The notes under the pieces are model-generated. The model ran no database searches. It had not been told where the DNA came from and was given only the letters and a program-made list of their open reading frames with translations. Position numbers and translations under genes: made by a program. Positions 1 to 10,451 of a stretch of DNA of 64,000 nt are shown here, piece by piece. This stretch comes from Victivallales bacterium. Lineage in GTDB: Bacteria; Verrucomicrobiota; Lentisphaeria; Victivallales; GWF2-38-69. Location of the stretch: the NCBI GenBank assembly GCA_965228125.1, contig OZ245791.1, positions 961,596 to 1,025,595 on the forward strand, written 5' to 3'. Within the stretch, counting starts at the first letter, position 1. The number at the start of each line of letters is the position of its first letter.

Positions 1-813
1 CGTAGACACACGCAAATCAATAGCTTTCCCTGCAATCCTTATCTGAATTCTTCCGTCTTGGGGAAGTCGCCTCTCAGCAATATTCAATCCGCTCATAATC
101 TTAATACGGCTAATTACAGGCAGAGCAAGGTTTTTCGGCGGGGGAGCCATTTCATACAGAACTCCATCAACTCTATAGCGTATTTTGAAGCTACTCTCAA
201 AAGGTTCAAAGTGAATATCGCTTGCTTGATCCTTAACAGCTTGATATAATACAACATCAACAAATTTTATAATCGGAGCGTCATTTGCTATTTGAGACAG
301 TCTATCAGCATTTGCTTCATCCCCAAAAAGATCTTCCCCGCCTGCATCCATATCCGCAAGTATGTCGCTCATAGAAGCCGTCGGATAATACTTCTCTATA
401 GCATTAAAAATCTGACTTTGGTTCGCTACATATACTTTCAGACTCTTATTTATTATAAAGCTCAAGTCTTCTGAAATCTGATAATTCAAGGGAGATGTCA
501 AGACAATTTTCAATGATCCGTCGTTGTCAATATCAAAAGGCACAGCCCCGTACATCCTGGCCTGTGCCGGTTCAAGAAGAGAAATTACTTCTCTACTTAT
601 TTCCATATTGTTTAAGTCAAGAACTTCCGTTCCAAGATGCGAGGCGATTATTTCCAGAAGCTGTTCTTTAGTAACTATCTGGTATGACACTAAAAGGTCA
701 GCAAAAGAGCTGCCCGTACGATTGTATTCTTCCTCTATCTCCGTTACCTGGTCATGGTCTATGAGGGATTCGGACAACATTATCTCTTTTAAAACAACAC
801 TTTCTGTATTCAT
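1..813 (-). CDS. GspE/PilB-family secretion ATPase, first 271 codons (3' part lies beyond the window edge)
   Basis: Absent from the ORF track because it runs off the window. My reverse-complement translation starts at ATG (811-813) with GGAG 6 nt upstream: MNTESVVLKEIM... It continues ...LSQIANDAPIIKFVDVVLYQAVKDQASDIHFEPFESSFKIRYRVDGVLYEMAPPPKNLALPVISRIKIMSGLNIAERRLPQDGRIQIRIAGKAIDLRVST, ending in frame at nt 1. Paralogous to the next gene; 15-nt gap to it. Confidence 0.85.
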   Translation of the reverse strand, partial: MNTESVVLKEIMLSESLIDHDQVTEIEEEYNRTGSSFADLLVSYQIVTKEQLLEIIASHLGTEVLDLNNMEISREVISLLEPAQARMYGAVPFDIDNDGSLKIVLTSPLNYQISEDLSFIINKSLKVYVANQSQIFNAIEKYYPTASMSDILADMDAGGEDLFGDEANADRLSQIANDAPIIKFVDVVLYQAVKDQASDIHFEPFESSFKIRYRVDGVLYEMAPPPKNLALPVISRIKIMSGLNIAERRLPQDGRIQIRIAGKAIDLRVST

Positions 814-828
814 TAGTATCTCCAACAA

Positions 829-2553
829 TTACTCTTCATCTGCTATCGAAGCTCTTACCACTTCTTCAAGGGTGGTCATTCCTGCCATGACTTTTCTAAC
901 TCCATCTTCCCTAAGGGTTCTCATGCCTGCTTTCCTCGCTGCTTCTTTAAGCTGAAATGAGGACGCCCCCTTGAATATCAAATCCTGCAATTCTTCTGTT
1001 AGTATGAACATCTCTATAATGCCAAATCTTCCTTTGTATCCCGAATTATTACATTCCGCACAACCCCTGCCTTTTTTAAAAGTAGCCTTCTTGGCAGTCT
1101 CCTTGTCTATTCCCATAATTTGCATTTCGGCTTCTGTGGGCTCATAATCTTCGCTGCAATCAGGACATATTCTTCTCACGAGTCGTTGCGCCATTATAGC
1201 CCTGATCGCCGATGCTACCAAGAACGGTTTTACCCCTATATCTATAAGTCGAGTAACAGCGCTCGGAGCATCATTTGTATGTAAAGTACTCAAGACGAAA
1301 TGCCCGGTCAGCGCTGCATTAACAGCAATTTCTGCTGTTTCGCCGTCACGAATCTCTCCGACCATTATGATATTCGGGGCCTGTCTCATCATTGCTTTTA
1401 AAGCTATGGCAAAAGTCATTCCTATAGAAGCATTGACCTGAACCTGATTGATACCTTCCAAATGATATTCCACAGGATCCTCGACAGTTATAATCTTTCT
1501 TGTCGGCTTATTGACAGTATTTAAAAATGCATAAAGCGATGTCGTTTTTCCAGAGCCGGTCGGGCCCGTAACCAAAAACACTCCATCAGGCATAGATATA
1601 ATTTTAGTAACAGTATCAATGTCATCGGGAAAATAACCCAAAGATGATATATCCATCATTATACTGCTTTTATCGAGTATTCTCATTACAACGCTTTCAC
1701 CGTGAGAAGTAGGAACTGTAGAAACACGCAAATCGATACTTTTGTCCATTACTTTTAACTGTATTCGCCCATCCTGAGGTACTCTTTTTTCGGAGATGTC
1801 AAGTTTTGCCATAATCTTTAGGCGACTAATAATATTTGCCTGCAAATACTTAGGAGGACTGTCAACCTCTACCAAAACACCGTCTATTCTATATCTTATT
1901 CTAAATTTCTTCTCAAGCGGTTCGACATGTATGTCGCTTGCACGCCTCTTAAAGGCTTCCATTATGATAATAAAAACAAGCTTAATAATCGGAGCATCTT
2001 CAGCGCTGGAATCTTCGTCTTCTTCTTTAAATCCCTGATCCTGTGTTGACACTATTTTATCGCTCCCTTCTATATCTTTTAGAAAAGAGTCAACGTTTTC
2101 ATTAAGAGAGCCATAATAGTGGTCTATCATTCTCTTTATCTGATCAATAGGAGCTATCACGGCATCTACGTCTCTTTTAAGGATAAATCGCAACGAATCC
2201 AATGTGTCAAGGTCGGTGGGATCGGCAATTGCGACCTTTAAAATCCCATCAACAATTTCAATCGGGATAGTTTTGTATTCCTTGGCTATATTAGCCGGCA
2301 AAGCATCTATGACTGGTTGTTCTATCATAGCTTTATCTAAATCTACTATTTCCATGCCGTACTCTTTGGCAATGGCTGCATTTATCTTACCATCATCAAT
2401 AAACTTGAGTTTTTTCAAAGCGGAAACCATGTTAAGTTCGCCATCGCTTTTAGACACTAATTGGCTGGCAAGACCAGACTGCTCCTCATTTATAACGTCA
2501 TTACTGAGGAGTATTGAATGTATGTATTCGCTATTTTCAATAAGAGAAGACAA
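829..2553 (-). CDS. Type II secretion / type IV pilus assembly ATPase (GspE/PilB family)
   Basis: 574 aa. T2SSE N-terminal domain, Walker A GPTGSGKTT, conserved RLPQDGR-type block (RVPQDGRIQL), C-terminal tetracysteine CPDC...CAEC. TTG start with GGGAGA 8 nt upstream. Confidence 0.9.
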   Translation of the reverse strand: MSSLIENSEYIHSILLSNDVINEEQSGLASQLVSKSDGELNMVSALKKLKFIDDGKINAAIAKEYGMEIVDLDKAMIEQPVIDALPANIAKEYKTIPIEIVDGILKVAIADPTDLDTLDSLRFILKRDVDAVIAPIDQIKRMIDHYYGSLNENVDSFLKDIEGSDKIVSTQDQGFKEEDEDSSAEDAPIIKLVFIIIMEAFKRRASDIHVEPLEKKFRIRYRIDGVLVEVDSPPKYLQANIISRLKIMAKLDISEKRVPQDGRIQLKVMDKSIDLRVSTVPTSHGESVVMRILDKSSIMMDISSLGYFPDDIDTVTKIISMPDGVFLVTGPTGSGKTTSLYAFLNTVNKPTRKIITVEDPVEYHLEGINQVQVNASIGMTFAIALKAMMRQAPNIIMVGEIRDGETAEIAVNAALTGHFVLSTLHTNDAPSAVTRLIDIGVKPFLVASAIRAIMAQRLVRRICPDCSEDYEPTEAEMQIMGIDKETAKKATFKKGRGCAECNNSGYKGRFGIIEMFILTEELQDLIFKGASSFQLKEAARKAGMRTLREDGVRKVMAGMTTLEEVVRASIADEE

Positions 2554-2733
2554 CTTGTTATTCTCCCGAAATATTTTGGATATTAGAATCTGAACTGTAA
2601 TTTTATATTATTTCAACGATTACTCAAATGTCCAGCTTTAAGAGAACCCTAATATTTGTAAAAAAGAGTTTCTGCATTTGAAATATACTGTATTGTAAAG
2701 TAATTTTTAATCTCTTTAAGAGAGAGTCCAAGC

Positions 2734-3792
<1,059 letters not shown>

Positions 3793-3803
3793 TAGGATAT
3801 TAT

Positions 3804-4163
3804 TTAATATTGATCGTTTTGATGTTCTATCTCATTGATGATAGATAGAACTTTATCTCCCGCTTCAAACCTATTATCCAAGGTAAAATGTAACACAGGA
3901 GTGTACTTAATTTTGATAACCGAAGCTATAGATGTTTGTATTAAGGCCCTGTGTTTTTCAATGGATTTAAAGATTTCCTTTTTAGCTTGAAGAGGCCCAA
4001 GAATACTGATGTATACTTTTGCAAACTTTAAATCAGGGGTAGTGTTGACTTCAGTTACGGAAATAAGGCTTCCGCTTTTTCTTTCGATGATCTTCTCCAA
4101 GATACCAGCGATTTCACGCTTTAGAAGTTCATTAATTCTTGTCATCCTCAAAGATTCTTTCAT
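3804..4163 (-). CDS. rbfA: Ribosome-binding factor A
   Basis: 119 aa. RINELLKREI..., typical RbfA length, position directly after infB. AAGGAGG 8 nt upstream of ATG. Confidence 0.9.
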   Translation of the reverse strand: MKESLRMTRINELLKREIAGILEKIIERKSGSLISVTEVNTTPDLKFAKVYISILGPLQAKKEIFKSIEKHRALIQTSIASVIKIKYTPVLHFTLDNRFEAGDKVLSIINEIEHQNDQY

Positions 4164-4201
4164 CTTGACAGCCTCCTTTTATACTCTTAAACGCAGGGCT
4201 T

Positions 4202-6319
4202 TTAAAGAGATGCTTTTTTAAATTCTATGTCATAAATATGGATGGCATCATTTTCATGAAAGTCTAGGAAATTATCGAGCCTGATTCCACATTCCTGCCC
4301 TGCTTTGACTTCTTTTACATCGTTCTGGAATCTTCTTAATGACTGTACAATACCATTGAATATAAGTTCTTTATTTCGATAAACCCTTGCTTTGCCGCCT
4401 ACTTTTATATAGCCGTCTTCGACCAGGCACCCGCAAACTTTAGGCCCTTTCGAAACATCGAAAATTTTAAGAATCTTAGCTCTTCCAAGGTTAACTTCTC
4501 TTTGGTCTGGAGCAAGCCTGCCTTCAAGAGCGTCTTTGATATCTTCAATTAATTCATATATGATACTATATAAGCGAATTTCTACTTTTTGTTTTTTTGC
4601 AAGATCGTTTACGCCTGAATTAACCTTTACATGAAATCCAACGACTATAGCATTGGAAGCTGAAGCAAGCATAATATCGCTATCAGATATCCCGCCTACT
4701 GCCGAATGAACAATGTTAACTTTTATTTTTTCAGAAGGAAGTTTCATCAAAGAATCTTTGATTGCTTCTGCTGTACCTTGAACATCGGTCTTAACAACCA
4801 GATTAAGATCATTTCTCTGGTTGTTCTTGATATTGGAAAACAAATCCTCAAGGCTTGAACTTGTAGCCTTTATAAGCCCCTTGGATCTAACATCGTCAGC
4901 TTTAGTTGATGCCAGTTCTGATGCAATCTTTTCATTTTTTTCCACACTGAATAGAGCTCCGGCATTTGGTACTCCTGACAATCCGACTATCTTGGCTGGA
5001 AGGCTTGGCCCTACGCTTTTTACTCGTGCCCCGTTTCCGTCTATAAGAGCCTTTATCCTGCCGTAATGCCGCTCGCATAAAACTACATCGCCAACATGTA
5101 ATGTGCCGTTTCTGACAATGACATTTGCAACAGGCCCAAGCCCTTGTTCCAATTCTGCTTCTATAACAATACCTTCAGCTGGCCTGCTCTTATTGGCTTT
5201 AAGCTCCAATATTTCCGCTTCAAGAAGTATTCTATCAAGTAAATCAGGCAGGCCTTGACCTGTAATAGCAGAAACTCTTATGGCTCCTACGTCTCCACCC
5301 CACTCTTCACTTGTGAGATTATTCTGCTGCATATGCAAAAGCACTTTTTCTGGATCTGCGCCATGCAGATCTATTTTATTTATGGCCACTATAATCGGAA
5401 CTTTAGCTGCCCGTGCATGGCTCAACGCTTCGACTGTCTGAGGCATAAATCCATCATCTGCGGCCACTACCAGAACAACTATGTCTGTAACATTGGCGCC
5501 TCTTGCTCTCATAGCAGTAAAGGCTTCGTGTCCAGGTGTATCTATAAATACTACAGTTTTGCCTTTGTGATTAATAACAGAAGCACCTGTATGTTGTGTA
5601 ATGCCACCCGCTTCGCCTTTTACTATGCTAGTTTTTCTTATTGCATCCTGTATAGAAGTTTTGCCATGGTCAACATGCCCCATGAATGTTACAACAGGAG
5701 GCCTCTCAGTCAGATCTTCAGGATGGTCAACGGGGATTTCAATTTTAAGAGCAGATTCGGCTTTTGCAGCGTGCTCGATTTTAGCTTCTTCTTTATCGGA
5801 TTTTCCGATAACTAAAGCGAAACCGTATTTACTGCAAATTGTTTTAGCGACTTTGGGGTCAATGATCTGATTTATGGATGCCAATATATTCATCTGCATC
5901 AAAGTCATAACTATTTCGGAAACTTTTTTTCCGACAGTATCAGCTAACATTTTGACCGTTATCGGAACTTTGAGGGAAACTTCTTTTTCCTGAATAGAAG
6001 ATGAAGTAACAACAGGGGCAGAAGAAGCAGTTTTTTCTTTAGGAGCGTCTATGACAACCTTTTTGCCTTTGGACTCCTTGGATGGTTTTGATGGCTTTTC
6101 AGTATTTTCTCTGGCCAGTTTGTCCAGGTGTTCAAAAGCCTGTTCAAGAAGTTCATCCTCAACGAAATCGGAGGACAGTTTTTTCTTTATGCCGATTTTC
6201 TTTAATTCTTTTACTGTAAGGTCAACTGTCAGTCCATAATTCTGAGCTATCTCTCCAACTGTAGTAGTATAAGTTTTCGCAATGGTTTCTTTTTTTACTG
6301 CTTTTTTGGTATTTAACAT
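4202..6319 (-). CDS. infB: Translation initiation factor IF-2
   Basis: 705 aa. G domain GHVDHGKTS / DTPGHEAF / NKID. Conserved C-terminal domains. GGAAGG RBS. Confidence 0.97.
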   Translation of the reverse strand: MLNTKKAVKKETIAKTYTTTVGEIAQNYGLTVDLTVKELKKIGIKKKLSSDFVEDELLEQAFEHLDKLARENTEKPSKPSKESKGKKVVIDAPKEKTASSAPVVTSSSIQEKEVSLKVPITVKMLADTVGKKVSEIVMTLMQMNILASINQIIDPKVAKTICSKYGFALVIGKSDKEEAKIEHAAKAESALKIEIPVDHPEDLTERPPVVTFMGHVDHGKTSIQDAIRKTSIVKGEAGGITQHTGASVINHKGKTVVFIDTPGHEAFTAMRARGANVTDIVVLVVAADDGFMPQTVEALSHARAAKVPIIVAINKIDLHGADPEKVLLHMQQNNLTSEEWGGDVGAIRVSAITGQGLPDLLDRILLEAEILELKANKSRPAEGIVIEAELEQGLGPVANVIVRNGTLHVGDVVLCERHYGRIKALIDGNGARVKSVGPSLPAKIVGLSGVPNAGALFSVEKNEKIASELASTKADDVRSKGLIKATSSSLEDLFSNIKNNQRNDLNLVVKTDVQGTAEAIKDSLMKLPSEKIKVNIVHSAVGGISDSDIMLASASNAIVVGFHVKVNSGVNDLAKKQKVEIRLYSIIYELIEDIKDALEGRLAPDQREVNLGRAKILKIFDVSKGPKVCGCLVEDGYIKVGGKARVYRNKELIFNGIVQSLRRFQNDVKEVKAGQECGIRLDNFLDFHENDAIHIYDIEFKKASL

Positions 6320-6366
6320 AAGTACCTTCCAACTTTTAAAAGATTATTATATACGGGTTGAAAAGG

Positions 6367-7608
6367 TTAATGGGTTTCCCCTAATGATTTTAATATGTTG
6401 TCAACTATATCTTCTGACATACCATCAAGCGCCAACAAATCATTTCTTTCAACTGTTTTTAAGCCTTCGACTGTAATAAACCCGTTATTTACAAGTATTT
6501 TGGCTTCCTCCTCTTTTATGGATAACACTAACGCTAGGGATTTTACAGCTTCATTAAGCTGTTTTTCAAATACAGTTTCTGCTTCTTCAAGAGGTAGCAC
6601 ATTGACTCTGATACCAATAAGCTGGCCTGCAAGCCTTGCATTCTGCCAGTTTTTCCCGATTGCAAGTTTTATCTGCTCCCTGTCCACATAGGTGTTAGCT
6701 GTTTTGTGTTCTTCATCGTATTCGACTTTTGCAGGCACTGCCGGCTGCAAAGCATTAGCAATATACTTTGTAATATCTTCATCATATCTGACAATATCTA
6801 TTCTTTCTCCGCCTAACTCGGCAGTGATATTTTTCACCCTAGAGCCCCTTAACCCAATACAAGCTCCTATAGGATCAACTCTTTGATTATGGCTTACGAC
6901 TGAAACTTTGGCTCTAGACCCGGGGTCTCTGGCTATACCTTTAATTTCTACAGTACCGTCTGCAACTTCAGAAATTTCCCTTTCAAAAAGCCTTTTCAAA
7001 AAGGTTCTGCTGGTTCTGGTAAGTATTAAACTAGGGCCAGATCCGGTTGTGTTTATGTCAGAAAGAAGTGCGTTCACTCTTTCTCCCATTATAAAATTAT
7101 CGCCCGGAATCTTGTCTTTTGGAGAAATTATACCTTCCGCTTTTTGGAAATCCAGAATAACATTGCCAGCCTCAAATCTCCTAGCTACGCCGCTAACTAT
7201 CTGGTTAAGGCTTTCCTTGAAGTCTTCATAGACTCTGGCCTTTTCAGCTTTCTTGAGCTGTTGAAGCATAGTCTGTCTTGCAGTTTGGGCAGCAATTCTC
7301 CCAAAATCGCTTTTGGGAATATCTCTGGAGACTATATCCCCCACATTTGCAGATGGAGATATTTGCCTGGCTTCCTCTAAATTCATGTATTCTCCCTGAG
7401 TAGGGCCTTCGGAAACTTCAAAATCAACATAGGCGTTAATTAAACCAGTGTGCCTATTTACCTTTACTCTGATTTCTTTGCCATATTCAATGCTTTTTCT
7501 TCCGGCAGAAGCAAGAGACTTTTCTAAAGCTTCGACAAGTTCATCTCTGCTGATTCCTCTTTCCTGTTCTACATATTCCAATAGACTAAGAAGCTCGTTT
7601 GCAGCCAT
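6367..7608 (-). CDS. nusA: Transcription termination/antitermination factor NusA
   Basis: 413 aa. NusA N-terminal, S1 and KH regions (GACIGLRGSRV) plus a C-terminal helical repeat. AAAGGAG RBS. Canonical nusA-infB order. Confidence 0.95.
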   Translation of the reverse strand: MAANELLSLLEYVEQERGISRDELVEALEKSLASAGRKSIEYGKEIRVKVNRHTGLINAYVDFEVSEGPTQGEYMNLEEARQISPSANVGDIVSRDIPKSDFGRIAAQTARQTMLQQLKKAEKARVYEDFKESLNQIVSGVARRFEAGNVILDFQKAEGIISPKDKIPGDNFIMGERVNALLSDINTTGSGPSLILTRTSRTFLKRLFEREISEVADGTVEIKGIARDPGSRAKVSVVSHNQRVDPIGACIGLRGSRVKNITAELGGERIDIVRYDEDITKYIANALQPAVPAKVEYDEEHKTANTYVDREQIKLAIGKNWQNARLAGQLIGIRVNVLPLEEAETVFEKQLNEAVKSLALVLSIKEEEAKILVNNGFITVEGLKTVERNDLLALDGMSEDIVDNILKSLGETH

Positions 7609-7644
7609 GTTTATGCTCCTTTCCTAGTTTTGCAACACTAAGTT

Positions 7645-7685
7645 TAAAAAAAATAAGTGGGTTGGACTACCACCCACTGTGTTTT
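7645..7685 (-). terminator. Intrinsic terminator-like hairpin + U8 tract inside the nusA 5' leader
   Basis: Minus strand reads AGTGGGTGG-TAGT-CCA(A)CCCACT followed by TA TTTTTTTT. It ends about 37 nt upstream of the nusA ATG. No minus-strand gene lies upstream for it to terminate. Confidence 0.6.
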
Positions 7686-7866
7686 ATTACTTTCATCCAA
7701 TTGTAAGGGGTACAATATAACGATACTCATTTTCATTACAATGATAATAGAACTTGATTTTTTTATTTTTAATGCAATAATACGCAACTTAAATATTTTA
7801 AGAACAACAAAATGAGATATTTTAAATAGTTTTATAACAAAAACAAAAGTAAAGGTTTAATAGGAA

Positions 7867-8136
7867 ATGGCAACAACTAATACAGGATTGAAAAGAGCTA
7901 AAACAAGTGAGAAAGCAAGACTTAGAAAAAAAGCATGCAGAGCGGCAATAAAGACTGTTGAAAAGAGGTTTAAAGCTAATCTGGAAAAAGATGCTAATTT
8001 GGCCGTAGCATCATTTAAGGAAACTTGCTCCAAGCTGGATAAGGCTGCAAATACAGGAAAAATCCACAAGAATAAAGCTAACAGAAAAAAATCACGGTTA
8101 GCAAAAGTTTTAAGCGCTGTTGCGAAAACTAAGTAA
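7867..8136 (+). CDS. rpsT: 30S ribosomal protein S20
   Basis: 89 aa, highly basic. ...KRAKTSEKARLRKKACRAAIKTVEKRF... is typical S20. Confidence 0.93.
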   Translation: MATTNTGLKRAKTSEKARLRKKACRAAIKTVEKRFKANLEKDANLAVASFKETCSKLDKAANTGKIHKNKANRKKSRLAKVLSAVAKTK

Positions 8137-8151
8137 TTTTTGATTGTGTTT

Positions 8152-8183
8152 AGGCCTAACCCCAAAAAGTTAGGCCTTTTTTA
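8152..8183 (+). terminator. Rho-independent terminator of rpsT
   Basis: Perfect 9-bp stem AGGCCTAAC / GTTAGGCCT, 8-nt loop, then TTTTTT. Confidence 0.85.
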
Positions 8184-8204
8184 TTTAATCGACTATATTC
8201 AGCT

Positions 8205-8984
8205 ATGATAGACTTTCATTCACATACAGACTTAAGTTACTGTTCCGACAGAGACTTAAATCCAAATTGGTATGTAAAATGCCTAGAACAAAAAAATGAA
8301 ATGGAAGCCGTGGCAATAACAGATCATGGAATGGCCATTTATTTCCCTGATTCCGTAGCATGGTCTTGGGAATATATCCGCGACGGAAGAGTTTTTGATA
8401 AATACAAGGACTCTGGCAATGCGAAGTTGGAATCTTATATTTTGAATCTCGCAAAATACAAAGATAAAAAAATTTACTGCGGACTAGAGGTAGAGATGTC
8501 CCAGAATGGAAAACTTATTTACGACGCCTCATACAGAAAAAAACTAAAGCCGCTTATAGGAAGCGTTCATTATCATTTTATTACTAAAAAACACGGATTT
8601 TCCGAAAAAGATATTGTTGAGTTCTGGCTAAATCATAACAAACAGCTTCTGGAGGCAGGTATCGATATACTGGGACATCCCTTAAGATGGATAGCAAATA
8701 ACGCAACAGTTCAAGATTATATGATAGAAAGAATCGTCGAGATGGCTATTAGAAATAGTGTGGCAATAGAGTTTAACAGCCATAATATAACTGCCGCGAT
8801 ATATGAAGCAGATAAAAAAATGCTTTGCATGGCTATGGAAAAAGGAGCTAAGGTTTCATTCGGGGTAGATGCGCATAAAAGAAACCAGGTTGGCAAGTTC
8901 GATTATCACAAGAAACTGCTCGCTGATTGCAGTGCGACTCAGGAAGATTTGAATATTCTAACTCTTAAAGATTTGGGGCTATGA
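8205..8984 (+). CDS. PHP-family metal-dependent phosphoesterase (possibly HisJ/HisK-type histidinol-phosphatase)
   Basis: 259 aa. N-terminal MIDFHSHTDLS (HxH), then TDHG, GLEVEM, GSVHYH, ILGHP, SFGVDAHK, matching the PHP metal-ligand pattern. The specific substrate is inference only. Confidence 0.65.
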   Translation: MIDFHSHTDLSYCSDRDLNPNWYVKCLEQKNEMEAVAITDHGMAIYFPDSVAWSWEYIRDGRVFDKYKDSGNAKLESYILNLAKYKDKKIYCGLEVEMSQNGKLIYDASYRKKLKPLIGSVHYHFITKKHGFSEKDIVEFWLNHNKQLLEAGIDILGHPLRWIANNATVQDYMIERIVEMAIRNSVAIEFNSHNITAAIYEADKKMLCMAMEKGAKVSFGVDAHKRNQVGKFDYHKKLLADCSATQEDLNILTLKDLGL

Positions 8985-9709
8985 AGAAGTTTTTATTCAA
9001 TTTATTAATAAGTTTAATTTTTATAACTTCATTGGTCTTTGCATCATGTGATAATACTGAAAGTCAGGATGGGAAGCATCCGATATTCATAAAGGCGGAA
9101 AATCTCTACAACGAAGGCGATACGACAGAAGCATACAAGTATTATGAAAAATATTATCAATTGAACCCGAAATCTGCCAAAGCCGTGTACAAACTTGCAC
9201 TAATATCACAAGACAGGGGCGACTATATTAAAGCCATATATTACTATGAAAGGTATTTGAGTTTGGATCCCCACTCAGGCGATAAAGAGGCCATACAGAA
9301 ATGGATAGATGCCTCTAGGCAATCTCTGATAAAAGAATTCTCCAAAGAATCGAGACCTGTAATCATTCGACCAATGGACACTTCCGCCACAAATGATTCG
9401 GAAATCGTTGCTTTAAGAAAAAAAAATCAGGAACTAAACAAAGAATTGCTATCTCTCAAGGAAAACAGTGTTCTAACCGACACATCGAAAGATAATCCAA
9501 AGCCTGATTCCGTTCAGAAACAACCTCAGGAAGACAGGATATACACAGTCAAAGAAGGCGACAGCCTCTATAAAATTTCCAGAGAAGTTTATGGTTCAAG
9601 CAAGTACTACAAACAAATAATTGACGCTAACAGAGAAAAAATAAAAGGTAATTCATCAATAAGAGTCGGAGACAAATTGTCTATCCCGCCTTTAAAGAAT
9701 ACAAACTAA
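8981..9709 (+). CDS. TPR + C-terminal LysM lipoprotein (peptidoglycan-binding)
   Basis: 242 aa. Signal/lipobox ...LVFASC. TPR-like YKLALISQDRGDYIKAIYYYERYLSLDP. C-terminal LysM YTVKEGDSLYKISREVYG...IRVGDKLSIP. 4-nt overlap with the upstream gene. Confidence 0.75.
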   Translation: MKKFLFNLLISLIFITSLVFASCDNTESQDGKHPIFIKAENLYNEGDTTEAYKYYEKYYQLNPKSAKAVYKLALISQDRGDYIKAIYYYERYLSLDPHSGDKEAIQKWIDASRQSLIKEFSKESRPVIIRPMDTSATNDSEIVALRKKNQELNKELLSLKENSVLTDTSKDNPKPDSVQKQPQEDRIYTVKEGDSLYKISREVYGSSKYYKQIIDANREKIKGNSSIRVGDKLSIPPLKNTN

Positions 9710-9728
9710 TTTTATAGGTTCAAGTACT

Positions 9729-10424
9729 ATGCGAAAAGTCAAAAGTTTAGTAACTTCTTCACTATTATTGTTCCTTTTCGCCTTCAACGGCTTTTGTGCG
9801 CAGAATCTTCCGAACGGATTTGTCTATGCGGACGAACTTATACCAAACCTGAATTTCGAACCCAGATACTACTCTACCAATAACTTTACAGGCAGGCAGG
9901 TTGACGGATATCTGTCTCCCAGATGCATTATGACCGCACAATGCGCAAGAGCTCTAATAAATGTTCAAAACGAGTTGAATTCCCAAGGAATGAGATTAAA
10001 GATTTTTGATGCATACAGGCCTCAAAGTGCAGTAGATTTTTTCATCAAGTGGGCTTACGACATAAATGATCAAAAGAATAAATCTGTTTATTATCCGGAT
10101 GTGGACAAGAAAAACTTGTTTCGCGATGGTTATATAGCCTCTCCTTCTTCGCACTCGCGGGGTAGTACTGTAGATTTGACTATAATCAAACTTGATAAGG
10201 ACGAAAAATACTCAGAACTTGACATGGGAACATGCTTCGATTACTTCGGCAAAAAAACATGGCCTGATAGTTCAGAGGTTACTACAGAGCAGTATAATAA
10301 TAGAATGCTCTTAAGGAAAACCATGATCAAATATGATTTCGCTCCTTACAACGAGGAATGGTGGCATTTTACATTAAGAGAAGAACCGTTTCCGGATACG
10401 TACTTCAATTTCCCTGTCCGATAA
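9729..10424 (+). CDS. M15D D-alanyl-D-alanine dipeptidase (VanX/DdpX family), exported
   Basis: 231 aa. N-terminal signal peptide. Motifs FDAYRPQSAVDFF, SSHSRGSTVDLT, EWWHF (Zn ligands and catalytic Glu context of VanX). Confidence 0.85.
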   Translation: MRKVKSLVTSSLLLFLFAFNGFCAQNLPNGFVYADELIPNLNFEPRYYSTNNFTGRQVDGYLSPRCIMTAQCARALINVQNELNSQGMRLKIFDAYRPQSAVDFFIKWAYDINDQKNKSVYYPDVDKKNLFRDGYIASPSSHSRGSTVDLTIIKLDKDEKYSELDMGTCFDYFGKKTWPDSSEVTTEQYNNRMLLRKTMIKYDFAPYNEEWWHFTLREEPFPDTYFNFPVR

Positions 10425-10451
10425 TATTATTTAAATCAAGGAAGAAAATAG

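Noticed and set aside
7644-7736. 30-codon minus-strand ORF (MKMSIVILYPLQLDESNKTQWVVVQPTYFF) that reads through the nusA-leader hairpin and stops in the T-run, which is tempting as a leader peptide.
   Set aside because: No Shine-Dalgarno upstream of its ATG, no regulatory-codon bias and no conservation evidence available. I kept only the terminator observation.
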